Source: Pseudomonadota bacterium
GTDB lineage: Bacteria; Desulfobacterota; JAZDOA01
Direction: 5' to 3'
Assembly: GCA_043799175.1 (NCBI GenBank)
Contig: JAZDOA010000151.1
Coordinates: 1-38,288 of the forward strand
DNA length: 38,288 nt
The notes under the pieces are model-generated. The model saw only the letters and a list, made by a program, of their open reading frames with translations, was not told the DNA's origin and did no database searches. The number at the start of each line of letters is the position of its first letter. Position 1 is the first letter of the stretch. The position numbers were made by a program, and so were the translations under genes. Below are positions 26,092-37,787 of the stretch, in pieces.

Positions 26092-29000
26092 CTACGCCAA
26101 CCGCTGAACGGCCGCCACGCCCTCGCCCAACCTTTTTTCGGCCAGCTCCACTAGGCGCGCATGGTGGGTAAAGAAGATGACCTGTGTTTTCTCGGCCGAG
26201 AACTCCGCCAGCACCCGGAGGGTGGCCTCCGCCCGGCCGTCATCGAGGCCGATGAGAATGTCGTCCACGATAAAGGGCAGGGGTTCGTTCCTCTCCCGGT
26301 ACCTCTCGAGGCTGGCCAGGCGCAACGAGAGGTAGAGCTGGTCTCTGGTACCGTCCGACATGCCCTCGACGCGAACCAGCCCGCCCGAGGGGCGCACGCC
26401 TGCCAGAACCAGGTCGTCCTTGTCGTTGAAACTGGTTTGCAGGCCCGAGAACGACCCCAGAGTGAGCAGCCGGAAGATCTCGGCCGCCCGCAGCAGCAGC
26501 GGCCCCTGGTTGCGTTCGCGGTAGCGGTCTATTTCGCGCCGCATTATGACCGACGCCGTCTTGAGAAGGGTGTAGCGGCGCACGTGCCGTCGCAGCTCGG
26601 CCAGGATCGCCTGGGCCTTCTCGGCGGCCTCGGCGGCCTGGGAGTTGCCGTTCATCCCCTCCAGGGTGGTCCTGAGACTGCCTATTGCCTCTCCTCGGGC
26701 GGAGAGGGCCGCGTTCGCCGCGTCTATGTCTTGTGACAATTGCCCGATGCGCGCCGGCAGTTCGTCGGCGCTGATCTCGCGCACCTCCGCCAGCAGGTCG
26801 TCTATGCTCGCCCCGCCGCTGAGGGCGGCCAGCCGGTCGTCCAGCTCCTCGAGCTTCAGAACGATGTCCTGGCGCTCGAAGGAGCGCGCCTCCACCGCGG
26901 CAAGCTCCGAAGGATGAAGACACCCCGCCTGGGCGCACAGGGCGCCGAGCCGTTGTTCGGCGTCGGTGCGATCTGCTTCCGCCTCGCGCAGGGCTTCCTT
27001 GGTCTCGCCAATCTGCTTCTCCAGACCGGCGAGCCGGGCCGAGTCCTTTTGCGCCTGGGTCAGGCGGGCGTGCAGCGAGGCCGCGGCCTGCTCCACGGCC
27101 TGCCCGGCAAGATCCAGGGCAAGGCGGGCCACCAGAGCCTCGACCTCTTGCGCGAAGGCCTCCGCCTGCTGGTCTATGCCCGCCAGGCGACCGTCGATCC
27201 CGGCCATTTCGCGCAGACTGGCGAAGAAGTCTTCCAGCCGCTTGAGGGCCGCGTTCGCCTCGGCCGGCAGCGCCCCCGCCCCAAGACCGAGCACCGCGAC
27301 GGCCATGGTCCACCGCCCGCGCCACTCCTCCAGCCTGGTGCCTGCCTGGGCCAGCCGCTCCGCGGCCTCGGAGGCCTCGCCGCTCAGATCCTCGATTCTC
27401 TTGCCAAGCTCCTTGCGCCGCCGCTCCACGTCCAGGACTGCGTCCAGGACGCCTTTCCCCCGGCCCAAGAGCGGGGCCAAAAAAACCTCACCGGGGGCGC
27501 TATCCGGCCAGCCGAGCGACGTCAAAAAAACACCTGAGACCGCCTCGCGGTGGCGGCGGATTATTGCCTCCAGGCGCTGGACCTCCTGCTCCCGCTCCCG
27601 CGTCCGCCGTGAGCAGCCAGTGATCTCTTCGCGGCGGAGCAGCCAAAAACGCATCTCGCGGGGCGGCAGGGGATCGATTGCCGCTGCCGCCCAGAGGGAG
27701 CGCCACTCCGTCTGAAGACAGGCGGCCTTGGCCTCGGCGCCTTCGGTCTCCCGAGCAAGCTCGAGCGAAATCTTGCCCGCCTCCGCCCGCCTGGCCACTA
27801 GCCCGGCCCGTTGCGCCACCCGGTCGGCCTCCCGCCGCAGCCGGTCGGCTACCTGGTCGGCGGCGTTCACGCTCTTCTCGTAGGCCGCGCTCAGGCCGTC
27901 TTCGGCGCCGTAGGCCGCCTTCTCGGGGGAAACATCCTCCCCCAGCAGCCACTCCCGCCGGATGAGCCGCCAACCTTCCTCCCGGCGTGCCCTGGCCGCG
28001 GCCAGATCCTCCTCGGCGGGTACGGCCCCCGTCAGTTGCATCTCCTCGATCTGCCGATCAAGGTCGCTCAGAACAGTCTCGGCCCGGCTCAGGCGCTCAG
28101 TGAGGCTGGCCAACTCCTCGGCGGCCCGTGCCATCTCCCGCTCGAAGCGCTCGACGCTCTCGGCGGGCGGCACGGGCAGAGCTTCAATCTCCTCCAGGCT
28201 TCCCAAGTACAGGCCGAGTGCCCGCAACCTGAGGTCCGCCTCCTTGCGGCTGCCCGCGAGGACCAGGGCGGTCTTCTGGAGGGCGAGGTCGAGGTCACCC
28301 TCGCGCCCGGCCTCTTCCAGCGCCAGGCGAAGGGGCTGGCTGTCTCGGGGAGGCGGCAGGCCGTCGAGTTCGGCTCGGGCGCCGCCCAGTTTACGCTCCG
28401 CCGCCGCGACGTCCTTTCGCGCCCGCTCCAGGCCCTCGGTCAGGGCCAGATATTGGCTGGAAAGCTCCGGAATTCGGGCACGCTGCGCGGCCGTGAGGCG
28501 CATTGCCTCCGCCTGACCGACGTCGAGATCGGGCCGCAGCTCCGCCAGGAGCTCGTGGGTCGCCCGCTCCGCGCGGAGCCTTCCCTCCCGGAGAGCGATT
28601 CTGTCGCCGGTGCCCTTCAGGTGCAACCCCAGGCGCTGGTGCAGGGCGATTATGGCCTTTTCCTGGACCAGCAGCACCTCGGGCAGGCGGATGCCTCCGG
28701 CCTCCTTCTCCAGCCCTTCCAAACTCTGGGCGGCACGCCTGGCGGTCTCCCCCGCGCTGGCCAACGAATTGAGGGCCGTGAGCCTGGCGGTGGCAAAATC
28801 GCGGTCCAGCACAGGGGCCTCACCGATCTCGGCCAGCCGGGCCAGCAGACTGCCGCGCCGGACCACCTCGGGCAACGCGGCCCGCAGGCGCCCAAGCCGG
28901 GCGCGTTCGGCATCGAGGATCCTGATTCTCTCCCGAAGACCCGCCCTCCCGGCAAGGGCCTGATCGAGCCTCTCCTGACATTCCGTCCACTCCCGGCCCG

Positions 29001-29601
29001 GCAGCGAGGCCTCCGCCACCGCCTCCTTGGCCTGATTGAAGTCGTTGACGGCCCGGTTGATGACCTGGTTCCGGCCCCGGGGGAGAAACAGCTCCGCCGC
29101 CTCCTGCTTCAATCCTTCGATAAGCCCGTGAAGGCCGCTTCCCCCGGTGCCGGCGGCGAAGATACTCTCCCCCACTCCACCCCCGGCGCGCAGGATCTCA
29201 TCTCCTCCTCGGGCCAGGGCGTCATGATCTATGGCAAACATGGTCAGGAACCGGTCCAGCCCCACTCCGCCCAGGAATTCCGCCAACGACGAGTCCGCCA
29301 CAGGTCTGCCGTCGGGGTCCAGCAGGGTGTTGCGCGAGCCCTTTCGGCGCTGGAAGGCCAGCTCGGCTCCGCTGGAGTGCCGCAACCGACCGGCGAGGCG
29401 CATCCGGGCGTAGTCGTGGACGAAGTCATCGGGGGTGCGCGTCGGTATGCCGTAGAAGAGGGCGGCCAGTGCCCGCCGCGCCGAGGTCTTGCCAGCCTCG
29501 TTGGGGCCGTAGATGACGTGGAAGCCGTGGCTGGAATCCAGCTCCAGCACCAGGTCGGTGAAGGGGCCGAAGGCAAGCAGGCCGAGCTGAAGGATCCTCA
29601 C
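26092..29601 (-). CDS. sbcC: SbcC/YhaN-like SMC-family DNA repair ATPase (long coiled coil)
   Basis: 1169 aa. N-terminal Walker A 'VIYGPNEAGKTSARRAL'. About 900 aa of Ala/Glu/Leu/Arg-rich coiled coil. C-terminal signature/Walker B/D-loop 'LPFIVDDILIGLDDGR'. The GTG start overlaps the sbcD stop as GTGA. Confidence 0.8.
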   Translation of the reverse strand: MRILQLGLLAFGPFTDLVLELDSSHGFHVIYGPNEAGKTSARRALAALFYGIPTRTPDDFVHDYARMRLAGRLRHSSGAELAFQRRKGSRNTLLDPDGRPVADSSLAEFLGGVGLDRFLTMFAIDHDALARGGDEILRAGGGVGESIFAAGTGGSGLHGLIEGLKQEAAELFLPRGRNQVINRAVNDFNQAKEAVAEASLPGREWTECQERLDQALAGRAGLRERIRILDAERARLGRLRAALPEVVRRGSLLARLAEIGEAPVLDRDFATARLTALNSLASAGETARRAAQSLEGLEKEAGGIRLPEVLLVQEKAIIALHQRLGLHLKGTGDRIALREGRLRAERATHELLAELRPDLDVGQAEAMRLTAAQRARIPELSSQYLALTEGLERARKDVAAAERKLGGARAELDGLPPPRDSQPLRLALEEAGREGDLDLALQKTALVLAGSRKEADLRLRALGLYLGSLEEIEALPVPPAESVERFEREMARAAEELASLTERLSRAETVLSDLDRQIEEMQLTGAVPAEEDLAAARARREEGWRLIRREWLLGEDVSPEKAAYGAEDGLSAAYEKSVNAADQVADRLRREADRVAQRAGLVARRAEAGKISLELARETEGAEAKAACLQTEWRSLWAAAAIDPLPPREMRFWLLRREEITGCSRRTREREQEVQRLEAIIRRHREAVSGVFLTSLGWPDSAPGEVFLAPLLGRGKGVLDAVLDVERRRKELGKRIEDLSGEASEAAERLAQAGTRLEEWRGRWTMAVAVLGLGAGALPAEANAALKRLEDFFASLREMAGIDGRLAGIDQQAEAFAQEVEALVARLALDLAGQAVEQAAASLHARLTQAQKDSARLAGLEKQIGETKEALREAEADRTDAEQRLGALCAQAGCLHPSELAAVEARSFERQDIVLKLEELDDRLAALSGGASIDDLLAEVREISADELPARIGQLSQDIDAANAALSARGEAIGSLRTTLEGMNGNSQAAEAAEKAQAILAELRRHVRRYTLLKTASVIMRREIDRYRERNQGPLLLRAAEIFRLLTLGSFSGLQTSFNDKDDLVLAGVRPSGGLVRVEGMSDGTRDQLYLSLRLASLERYRERNEPLPFIVDDILIGLDDGRAEATLRVLAEFSAEKTQVIFFTHHARLVELAEKRLGEGVAAVQRLA

Positions 29602-30875
29602 CCCGCCTCCCCTTTGTCCAACAGCCGGGCCAGGATGAGTTGCTTCACCCCGGCGCGTGCCCAGCTCATGCCCTCGGGGCGCGTGAGGTCGGGGGCGTCA
29701 TCTCCCAGGCGCAACTCGGCGGGCAGCTTGTGGCGCAGGCTGCCCAGCTCGGCGAGCACCTCCGCCCGCAGGTTTTCTTCGTCCATCGCCCAGCCGTCGA
29801 TGCCCCGCAGGAGGCTGCCCAGGGCATCGTCCCTGGCCAACATGGCCTCCAGGTCAGTCGCGGCCTGGGTCTCCAGGATGATCTCCTCCAGCCAAAAAAC
29901 CCTCGGGCCGCTCAGCTCCGCCGCGGCGGCCCGGATCTCATTCAGCCAGTGCTCGGTAGCCGAACCCAACTCGGCGTGCGCCCGGCAGGGGCCGCTGATC
30001 CGCAGCCGTACCGCCAACGGCCTTCCTCCGCCGGCCTCCTGCTCCGCCTCCAGGGCCTGGGTGACGCGCGAAAGCAGGTCGTCGCCGGTATCGGCGCCCG
30101 AGGCGTCTACTCGGCACTGGGACCAGCGGAGCACGTCAAGCTCCCGGTGCTCCACCGAGGTGACCCTGCCATCTTCCACCGTCACCAGGGTGCAGCCCTT
30201 GGCCCCCGTTTCCCGGGCGTGGCGGCCCTGAATGTTCCCGGAAAAGACCACCCAGGGGTTTTCGTGCAGGACCTCGCGCTGGTGGACGTGCCCCAGCGCC
30301 CAGTAGTCATATCCCTTGGAAAGCAGGCCGCTCAGGGAACAGGGGGCGTAAGGGTCGTGGCCGGAACGCCCCTCGCCGCAGGTGTGCAGGAGGCCAATGT
30401 TGAAGGTATGCGGGAGCGCCAGCGGATAATCGGCGGACAGATCCTCGGTGACGGCCCGGACGGGGAAGCTCCGGCCGTGAACAGCCACCCCGAGGTCGGG
30501 CAGGTCGATGGTTTCGGCCTCGCGGGAGGAGAACAGGTGCACATTTTGGGGCAGCCGCAGGTGCCGGGTCATCTGGCTGGCGGCGTCATGATTGCCGGCG
30601 ACGGCGAAGACCCTGATGCCTGCCTCGGCCAGCCCGCGCATCCGCGAGGCGAAGAACAGGCCGGTGTTGTAGTCCCGCCAGTCGCCGTCATAGAGGTCTC
30701 CGGCAAGCAGGACGAAGGAGACCTCCTCCGAGACGGCCAACTCCGTCAGGTTGCGGAGTGCCTGGCGCGTGGCTCCGCGCATGGCCTCGACGGGGGCGCC
30801 GGGGTAACGTGCCAGCCCCACCAGAGGGCTGTCGAGATGAACGTCCGCGGCGTGAATGAACTTGATCTGCGGCAT
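29598..30875 (-). CDS. sbcD: SbcD/Mre11-family metallophosphoesterase (DNA repair exonuclease)
   Basis: Calcineurin-like phosphoesterase motifs 'IHAADVHLD', 'LAGDLYDG', 'AVAGNHD' and 'GHVH'. ATG at 30875; the track ORF begins 17 codons upstream. Confidence 0.85.
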   Translation of the reverse strand: MPQIKFIHAADVHLDSPLVGLARYPGAPVEAMRGATRQALRNLTELAVSEEVSFVLLAGDLYDGDWRDYNTGLFFASRMRGLAEAGIRVFAVAGNHDAASQMTRHLRLPQNVHLFSSREAETIDLPDLGVAVHGRSFPVRAVTEDLSADYPLALPHTFNIGLLHTCGEGRSGHDPYAPCSLSGLLSKGYDYWALGHVHQREVLHENPWVVFSGNIQGRHARETGAKGCTLVTVEDGRVTSVEHRELDVLRWSQCRVDASGADTGDDLLSRVTQALEAEQEAGGGRPLAVRLRISGPCRAHAELGSATEHWLNEIRAAAAELSGPRVFWLEEIILETQAATDLEAMLARDDALGSLLRGIDGWAMDEENLRAEVLAELGSLRHKLPAELRLGDDAPDLTRPEGMSWARAGVKQLILARLLDKGEAG

Positions 30876-31183
30876 GGCCACCAGCCCGTCCCGCCGGCAA
30901 GGCGGTGGGAGGCCACCCCAAGTCACTCAAGGCATTGTTGACTCCGGGGCGGACAAAACTTAGACTTGCGTTGCCCCGGCAGCATCAAGCCGGGCAGGGG
31001 TGGGTCCGCAACGGCGCGGCCGCCCACTCCTTCAAGAAAATACCCGCAACGACGCGGGTCCAATGCGTTACTGCTCGCAACGAGGCGGGCGATACATCAG
31101 CCTCGCCCCGCACGGCCGCGGAAATACTTCCAGGCAACGCCGCACTTCTTTTGGGGCGGCGTTCATCAGGAGCAGTGACGCCA

Positions 31184-32858
<1,675 letters not shown>

Positions 32859-32878
32859 GGGCTGGAAACCACAACGGC

Positions 32879-33355
32879 ATGGGCGGCTCAGAAAAAAGAG
32901 CCGCCCCCCCTGGCAGGGAGGCGCCCTTGCAACGCAACAAACACCCGTTGCCCACTGTTGACATCATTATTGAAACCCCAGGAGGCATCGTCCTGGTAAA
33001 ACGGCTGTACCCTCCGGAGGGCTGGGCCATACCTGGAGGCTTCGTGGAGTACGGGGAGTCGGCGGAGGCCGCCGCGCGCCGCGAGGCCCACGAGGAAACA
33101 TCCCTCTCGGTGACTCTGCTGGGCCAGATGGGCACCTACTCCGATCCTCGGCGGGACTCCCGCGTCCACACCATCAGCACCGTCTTCGTGGCCACGGCCA
33201 CGGGCAACCCACAAGCGGGCAGCGACGCCGGCTCCTGCGGAGTATTCACCGAGGGCGCCCTGCCCCAGCCACTCGCCTTCGATCACGCCCGCATCCTCAC
33301 CGACTACTTCGCCATGAAGCGCGCGGGGCGAACGCTTATTCCAGCCAAGGACTAA
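32879..33355 (+). CDS. NUDIX hydrolase
   Basis: Nudix box '[24 protein letters not shown]' (GX5EX7REUXEEXGU). Confidence 0.8.
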   Translation: MGGSEKRAAPPGREAPLQRNKHPLPTVDIIIETPGGIVLVKRLYPPEGWAIPGGFVEYGESAEAAARREAHEETSLSVTLLGQMGTYSDPRRDSRVHTISTVFVATATGNPQAGSDAGSCGVFTEGALPQPLAFDHARILTDYFAMKRAGRTLIPAKD

Positions 33356-33364
33356 AGGAGTCCC

Positions 33365-33943
33365 ATGGAGCTGAACCAGGCAGAGCGGCGGGAGCTGCTC
33401 GAAATTGCCAAGGAGGCCATAGCGGCGCGCATCGCGGGCCGGGAGCTGCCTCAACGCACTCCATCCTCGGCCAGGCTCACGGCACCGCGAGGCGTTTTCG
33501 TCTGCCTGAAGGTAGGAGGCCGGCTGCGCGGCTGCATCGGCAACATGACCGCCTCGACCCCTCTTTGGCAGGCCGTTCGCGACATGGCCGCGGAGGCCGC
33601 CTTCGCGGACCCCAGGTTCATGCCCCTCACCAAGGCTGAACTGCCCCAAATATCACTCGAAATCTCCGTGCTCTCGGAGCTGCGTCTGGTAGACGACCCC
33701 GGAGAGGTGGTGGTGGGCGAGCACGGGCTTTATGTGGTCTCCGGCCGCCACCGAGGCGTGCTGCTGCCGCAGGTGGCCACGGAGTGGGGCTGGGACCGCG
33801 ACACCTTCCTGGCCGAGACCTGCCTCAAGGCCGGGCTCGCGGCCGATTCCTGGAAGAAGGGCGCGCGGATCCACGTCTTCACCGCCACGGTGTTTTTTGG
33901 AGATACATCAGGCAAGGACAAGGAAGCGGTGGGGCGCGGTTGA
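33365..33943 (+). CDS. AMMECR1-domain protein
   Basis: 'GVFVCLKVGGRLRGCIGNM' matches the AMMECR1 conserved core. 192 aa. Confidence 0.75.
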   Translation: MELNQAERRELLEIAKEAIAARIAGRELPQRTPSSARLTAPRGVFVCLKVGGRLRGCIGNMTASTPLWQAVRDMAAEAAFADPRFMPLTKAELPQISLEISVLSELRLVDDPGEVVVGEHGLYVVSGRHRGVLLPQVATEWGWDRDTFLAETCLKAGLAADSWKKGARIHVFTATVFFGDTSGKDKEAVGRG

Positions 33944-33978
33944 CGGCCGGCTTCGACAGACCGACCCGGCGGGGGGCA

Positions 33979-34476
33979 TTACTTGCCGCCAAACCTCTGC
34001 CGCAGCCGCTCCGCCACCCCCTTGGGCACCAGGCCCTCCACCGAACCGCCCAGTCTGGCCGCCTCTTTGATGATGGTAGAGCTGATGAAGAGCCATTTGT
34101 AGTCGGTCATCATGAAGACCGACTGGATCTCCCGACTGAGGCGACGGTTCATGAGGGCCAACTGGAACTCATATTCAAAGTCCGACACCGCGCGCAGACC
34201 ACGCAGTATCACCCTGGCGCCCACCGCCGCCGCGTAGTCCACCAGCAGCCCGTCGAAGCTCTCCACCCTTACCTTGGGGTTGTCTCCCACGGCCTCGCGG
34301 GCCATGGCCAGGCGTTCCTCCACCGTGAAAAACGGCGTCTTCTCGGGGTTATTGGCCACGGCGACGATCAAGTGCGAGAAAACCTGAAGCCCCCGCCGCA
34401 CCAGACTGAGATGCCCGTTGGTAATGGGATCGAACGAACCCGGATATATGGCCGTACACTGACGGGGTCTGGGCAT
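33979..34476 (-). CDS. coaD: Phosphopantetheine adenylyltransferase
   Basis: 'AIYPGSFDPITNGHLSLVRRG' (HxGH nucleotidyltransferase motif). 165 aa, in a typical rsmD-coaD arrangement. Confidence 0.9.
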   Translation of the reverse strand: MPRPRQCTAIYPGSFDPITNGHLSLVRRGLQVFSHLIVAVANNPEKTPFFTVEERLAMAREAVGDNPKVRVESFDGLLVDYAAAVGARVILRGLRAVSDFEYEFQLALMNRRLSREIQSVFMMTDYKWLFISSTIIKEAARLGGSVEGLVPKGVAERLRQRFGGK

Positions 34477-34477
34477 G

Positions 34478-35074
34478 TCAGGAATTCTTCAGGAAAAGCC
34501 TGTAGAAAAAAGTCACCCTTACGTCTCCGTAGCGCCTGCTGTCCGTCCGGCTCAGCGGCCCGGCGGTTTGGGGGGGGGGAATTTTTTCATCAGCGGGGCC
34601 GTGCTCGGCAACGACCGTGGCCATTGGGGCCAAAAGCGCCGCTCCTGCCAGTTCGGTCAGGGTCTTGGCCACCAGGCCCTGGCCGTAGGGCGGGTCAAGG
34701 AAGACCAGATCGTAGAGCCGTTCCTCTTTCAGAGGGGCAAACCCGCGCCTTTTCAGCCGGGCTAGGTCGCGCGTGGGGTCGGCCCTGACGACCGCCAGGC
34801 TCTGGAAGCCGCACAGGGCGGCGTTGCGATTGATGAGCGCCAGTGCCTCGCGGCCGTGATCCACGAACGTGACCCAGGCCGCGCCCCGGCTCAGGGCCTC
34901 CAGGCCCATGGCGCCAGTGCCGGCAAAGAGATCCAGCACCCGCGCCCCGACAACGTCCTCCCCCAGAATGGAAAAGACGGCCTCCCGCACCCGGTCGGGC
35001 GTGGGGCGGATGTCTTTTTGGCCCTTCGGCGTGGCCAGCCTCCGCCCCCGCGCGACTCCGGCAATGATCCTCAC
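34478..35074 (-). CDS. rsmD: 16S rRNA (guanine966-N2)-methyltransferase RsmD
   Basis: 'RPTPDRVREAVFSILG', 'VLDLFAGTGAMGLEALSRGA' and 'DPPY'. GTG start. It lies immediately upstream of coaD. Confidence 0.85.
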   Translation of the reverse strand: MRIIAGVARGRRLATPKGQKDIRPTPDRVREAVFSILGEDVVGARVLDLFAGTGAMGLEALSRGAAWVTFVDHGREALALINRNAALCGFQSLAVVRADPTRDLARLKRRGFAPLKEERLYDLVFLDPPYGQGLVAKTLTELAGAALLAPMATVVAEHGPADEKIPPPQTAGPLSRTDSRRYGDVRVTFFYRLFLKNS

Positions 35075-35078
35075 CTAC

Positions 35079-36167
35079 CTAGCGCCTCGCCAAAACCTCC
35101 ATGACCGCCGAGCCCGTGCCTTCGGCCCGGAAGGCCATGATGAAGCGCCGAGCCTCCTCACGCGCGGCCTGCTCTATGCGCAGACGGCTGGCTTCGTCTA
35201 TGGTGTCGATTCTGTCCCTGAACTCCCTGGTGGCCAACTTGATATCCTTGCCCTTCTCGGCCGCCCAGGCGCGCATGTCCTTCATGAGGTCGGCCGGCAG
35301 CCCCTGGTGGGCGATGTTCTGCCACTGGGTGCCCACGTTGGCCTTGCGGATGCCGTGGTCGGCAAAGCGCCCCAACAGATGCATCGGCGTACCCGTAACG
35401 CCGTGCTGGGCCAGGACCATCCCAAAAGAACCCCTTATGGCCTGGTAGATCCGGCCGGTGCGCTCCAGGTCGATGGAAATCTCCTCGCCCGCGAGGTAGT
35501 TGCCGTGCTTGGAGCCGTTGTTGATGGCCAGCAGGTCGGCCGCTATGTCGTGGTCACGCAGGCCGGTGACGAACTCCACCGCCTCCTCCACCGTGGTAAG
35601 CTGGGCCTGCTGCCCGGTGGACTTGATCTCGCCCACCTCCACCTCAAGCCCAAGCCCGCGCTCCACGATGGGTCGGGCCAGGTCGGCCGTAATGCGGATG
35701 TTGTCGGGTATGGGGTTGAAGGAGGCGTCTATGGCGAAAGAGGTATAGCCCGCCTCGATCTCGGCCGCGATGAGCCTGCGGCCAGCCTCGATGGATTTCT
35801 CGGTGTTGTCCTTGATGGTGATGTGGTCGCCATGAATGAAGAAGGGGCGGCTGAACCCCATGGCCTCCGCCGCCTCCATGATGGCCTGGGCAAAGGTCGC
35901 GGGCACAAAACCCGTATAGCCACCCTCCACGTCGCACTCGCTCTTGGCCAGCTCGAAGGCGACCACGGCGTCCAGTTCCTCGGCGGCCCGCATGATGCCG
36001 GGAATGACGTGCTTAATGCGGGTGTTGCAGGCCATGACGATGACCTGCTCGTCCTTCAGGGCCGATATAATATCCTTCGAGCTGAGCAGAAGTGCCCGGC
36101 TGCCGCTCCATTTTCGGGCCGCGTGCGCCGGCCTGAGGTCGAGCAAGCTCTGCGCCACTTTCGCCAT
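35079..36167 (-). CDS. fba: Class II fructose/tagatose-bisphosphate aldolase family protein
   Basis: Motifs 'FELAKSE', 'FFIHGDH' and 'AINNGSKHGNY' of Zn-dependent class II aldolases. ATG 36167 is preceded by an AAGGAAGGGGA Shine-Dalgarno sequence. The track ORF is over-extended. Confidence 0.7.
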   Translation of the reverse strand: MAKVAQSLLDLRPAHAARKWSGSRALLLSSKDIISALKDEQVIVMACNTRIKHVIPGIMRAAEELDAVVAFELAKSECDVEGGYTGFVPATFAQAIMEAAEAMGFSRPFFIHGDHITIKDNTEKSIEAGRRLIAAEIEAGYTSFAIDASFNPIPDNIRITADLARPIVERGLGLEVEVGEIKSTGQQAQLTTVEEAVEFVTGLRDHDIAADLLAINNGSKHGNYLAGEEISIDLERTGRIYQAIRGSFGMVLAQHGVTGTPMHLLGRFADHGIRKANVGTQWQNIAHQGLPADLMKDMRAWAAEKGKDIKLATREFRDRIDTIDEASRLRIEQAAREEARRFIMAFRAEGTGSAVMEVLARR

Positions 36168-36269
36168 AATCCGTGTTCCCCTTCCTTGGTGAGTGTATGC
36201 GCCAGGCCGAAAAAAACCTGATGAGATGCACATCCAACAACCTGCCCCCAGAAGGAAGCGGGAGCAACC

Positions 36270-37304
36270 CTAAATGTAACGTTCGGCCAATATCTCGGCG
36301 ATCTGCACGGCGTTGGTGGCCGCGCCCTTGCGGATGTTGTCGGCGACGATCCACATATTTATACCGTTCTCCACGGATTCGTCCGCCCGGATGCGCCCCA
36401 CCAGGGTTTCGTCATGGCCGGCGGCCTCCGTCGCCAGCGGGTAGACGTTGGCGCCGGGGTCATCGACCACCCGCACCCCAGGGGCACTGGAGAGCAGTTG
36501 CCGCACCTCCTCGGGGGTTATCTTCTTTCGGGTCTCGATGTTCACGCTTTCGGAGTGGCTGCGGAAGACCGGCACCCGCACCGTGGTGGCCGACACCCCG
36601 ATGGTCTGGTCGTGGAGTATCTTGCGGGTCTCATTGACCATCTTCATCTCTTCCTTGGTGTAGCCGTTCTCCAGGAAGACGTCTATGTGGGGCAGGCAGT
36701 TGAAGGCGATGCGGTGGGGATAGACGTTGCACGTCACCCCCGCGCTCCCCCCCCCGCTCATCAGGGCACGGCTCTGCTCTTCCAGCTCCACGATGGCCTT
36801 CCAGCCGGTGCCCGAAACCGACTGGTAGGTGGAAACCACGATGCGCCTTATGCCCACGGCGTCGTGAATGGGCTTTAGCGCGACCACCATCTGGATGGTG
36901 GAGCAGTTCGGATTGGCGATAATGCCCTTGGTCTTATAGAGGGCGATGTCCTCGGGATTGCACTCCGGCACCACCAGGGGCACGTCGGAATCCATCCGCC
37001 AGGCGCTGGAGTTGTCCACCACCACGCAGCCCTGCCTCCAGGCCGCCGGGGCAAAGGTCCTGCTCACCCCGCCACCCGCCGAGAAGAGGGCCAGGTCGCA
37101 GCCCTTGAAGCTTTCCTCGGTGAGCCGCTCCACCGGCAGATCTTCGTCACGGTAGGGGATGCTCACCTTGCCCGCCGAGCGCTCCGAGGCCAACAACTTC
37201 AGCCTGGCCACGGGGAAGTTGCGCTCTTCGAGCACCCTGGTCATCATGCGCCCCACGTTCCCCGTAGCACCGCATACGGCCACGTTGAACTGTCTCACCT
37301 GCAT
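36270..37304 (-). CDS. asd: Aspartate-semialdehyde dehydrogenase
   Basis: 'FNVAVCGATGNVGRMM' (NADP-binding), the active-site Cys region 'IANPNCSTIQMVVALKP', and the 'ATNAVQIAEIL' C-terminus. Confidence 0.9.
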   Translation of the reverse strand: MQVRQFNVAVCGATGNVGRMMTRVLEERNFPVARLKLLASERSAGKVSIPYRDEDLPVERLTEESFKGCDLALFSAGGGVSRTFAPAAWRQGCVVVDNSSAWRMDSDVPLVVPECNPEDIALYKTKGIIANPNCSTIQMVVALKPIHDAVGIRRIVVSTYQSVSGTGWKAIVELEEQSRALMSGGGSAGVTCNVYPHRIAFNCLPHIDVFLENGYTKEEMKMVNETRKILHDQTIGVSATTVRVPVFRSHSESVNIETRKKITPEEVRQLLSSAPGVRVVDDPGANVYPLATEAAGHDETLVGRIRADESVENGINMWIVADNIRKGAATNAVQIAEILAERYI

Positions 37305-37328
37305 GTCTCCTTCCTACCCACAAGCCAC

Positions 37329-37646
37329 TCAGCCAGTCTGACTATTTACCCACAAGTCCAAGGCCGCTGTATACATACCAATTCTGGTGGAGTTGCAATT
37401 ATAGTAACATCCCCAGCAGCATTCGTATGCTCTCGCGCTCTCCTTGCCGTTCCGGTAGAACTTTATGACTCGACGGCCTTCACGAGTAAGACCACCTTTT
37501 GCGGTAAAAGGTGTGCCCCTGCTTGCTGTAGCCAACTCGATGTCTCCCGCATCAAGCCGTGAATAAGCGTCATCGAAAGTATGCAGGAGACTTACACTAC
37601 CCTGGTGTGCGAGCTTAGCCATCTTCCCTAGGAAACCTCTGAACAA
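37329..37646 (-). CDS. Hypothetical small Cys-rich protein in a low-GC islet
   Basis: 105-aa ORF (alternatively starting at 'MAKLAHQGS'). Contains 'CCWGCYYNC'. Local GC content is clearly below that of the flanking genes. No family assignment. Confidence 0.25.
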   Translation of the reverse strand: MFRGFLGKMAKLAHQGSVSLLHTFDDAYSRLDAGDIELATASRGTPFTAKGGLTREGRRVIKFYRNGKESARAYECCWGCYYNCNSTRIGMYTAALDLWVNSQTG

Positions 37647-37787
37647 GTCCCCGCGTTGCCTGCCGTTCGCCCTGAGGTATCGAAGGGCGAGTACTCAATT
37701 GCCTATAATTACTCGCCACATCGATATTCGTGCTTCGATACCTCAGCACGAACGGAGCAATTCAAGCGTTCAGACCTTCTCCGCGCC

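Noticed and set aside
30930-31183. Possible sigma-54 (-24 GG / -12 GC) promoter upstream of amt-glnK
   Set aside because: I looked for TGGCAC-N5-TTGC-like elements in the 250-nt leader and found no convincing match. An NtrC/sigma-54 promoter is expected biologically, but I cannot support a specific site from the sequence.
34570-34579. G10/C10 homopolymer in rsmD, a C9 run in asd (36747..36755), and A7 runs in sbcC (~27481, ~27529)
   Set aside because: They simply encode Pro-Pro-Pro (rsmD 'KIPPPQ') and Gly-Gly-Gly (asd 'MSGGGSAG') in housekeeping genes. There is no evidence of regulatory or phase-variable function, though they are sequencing-error-prone positions.
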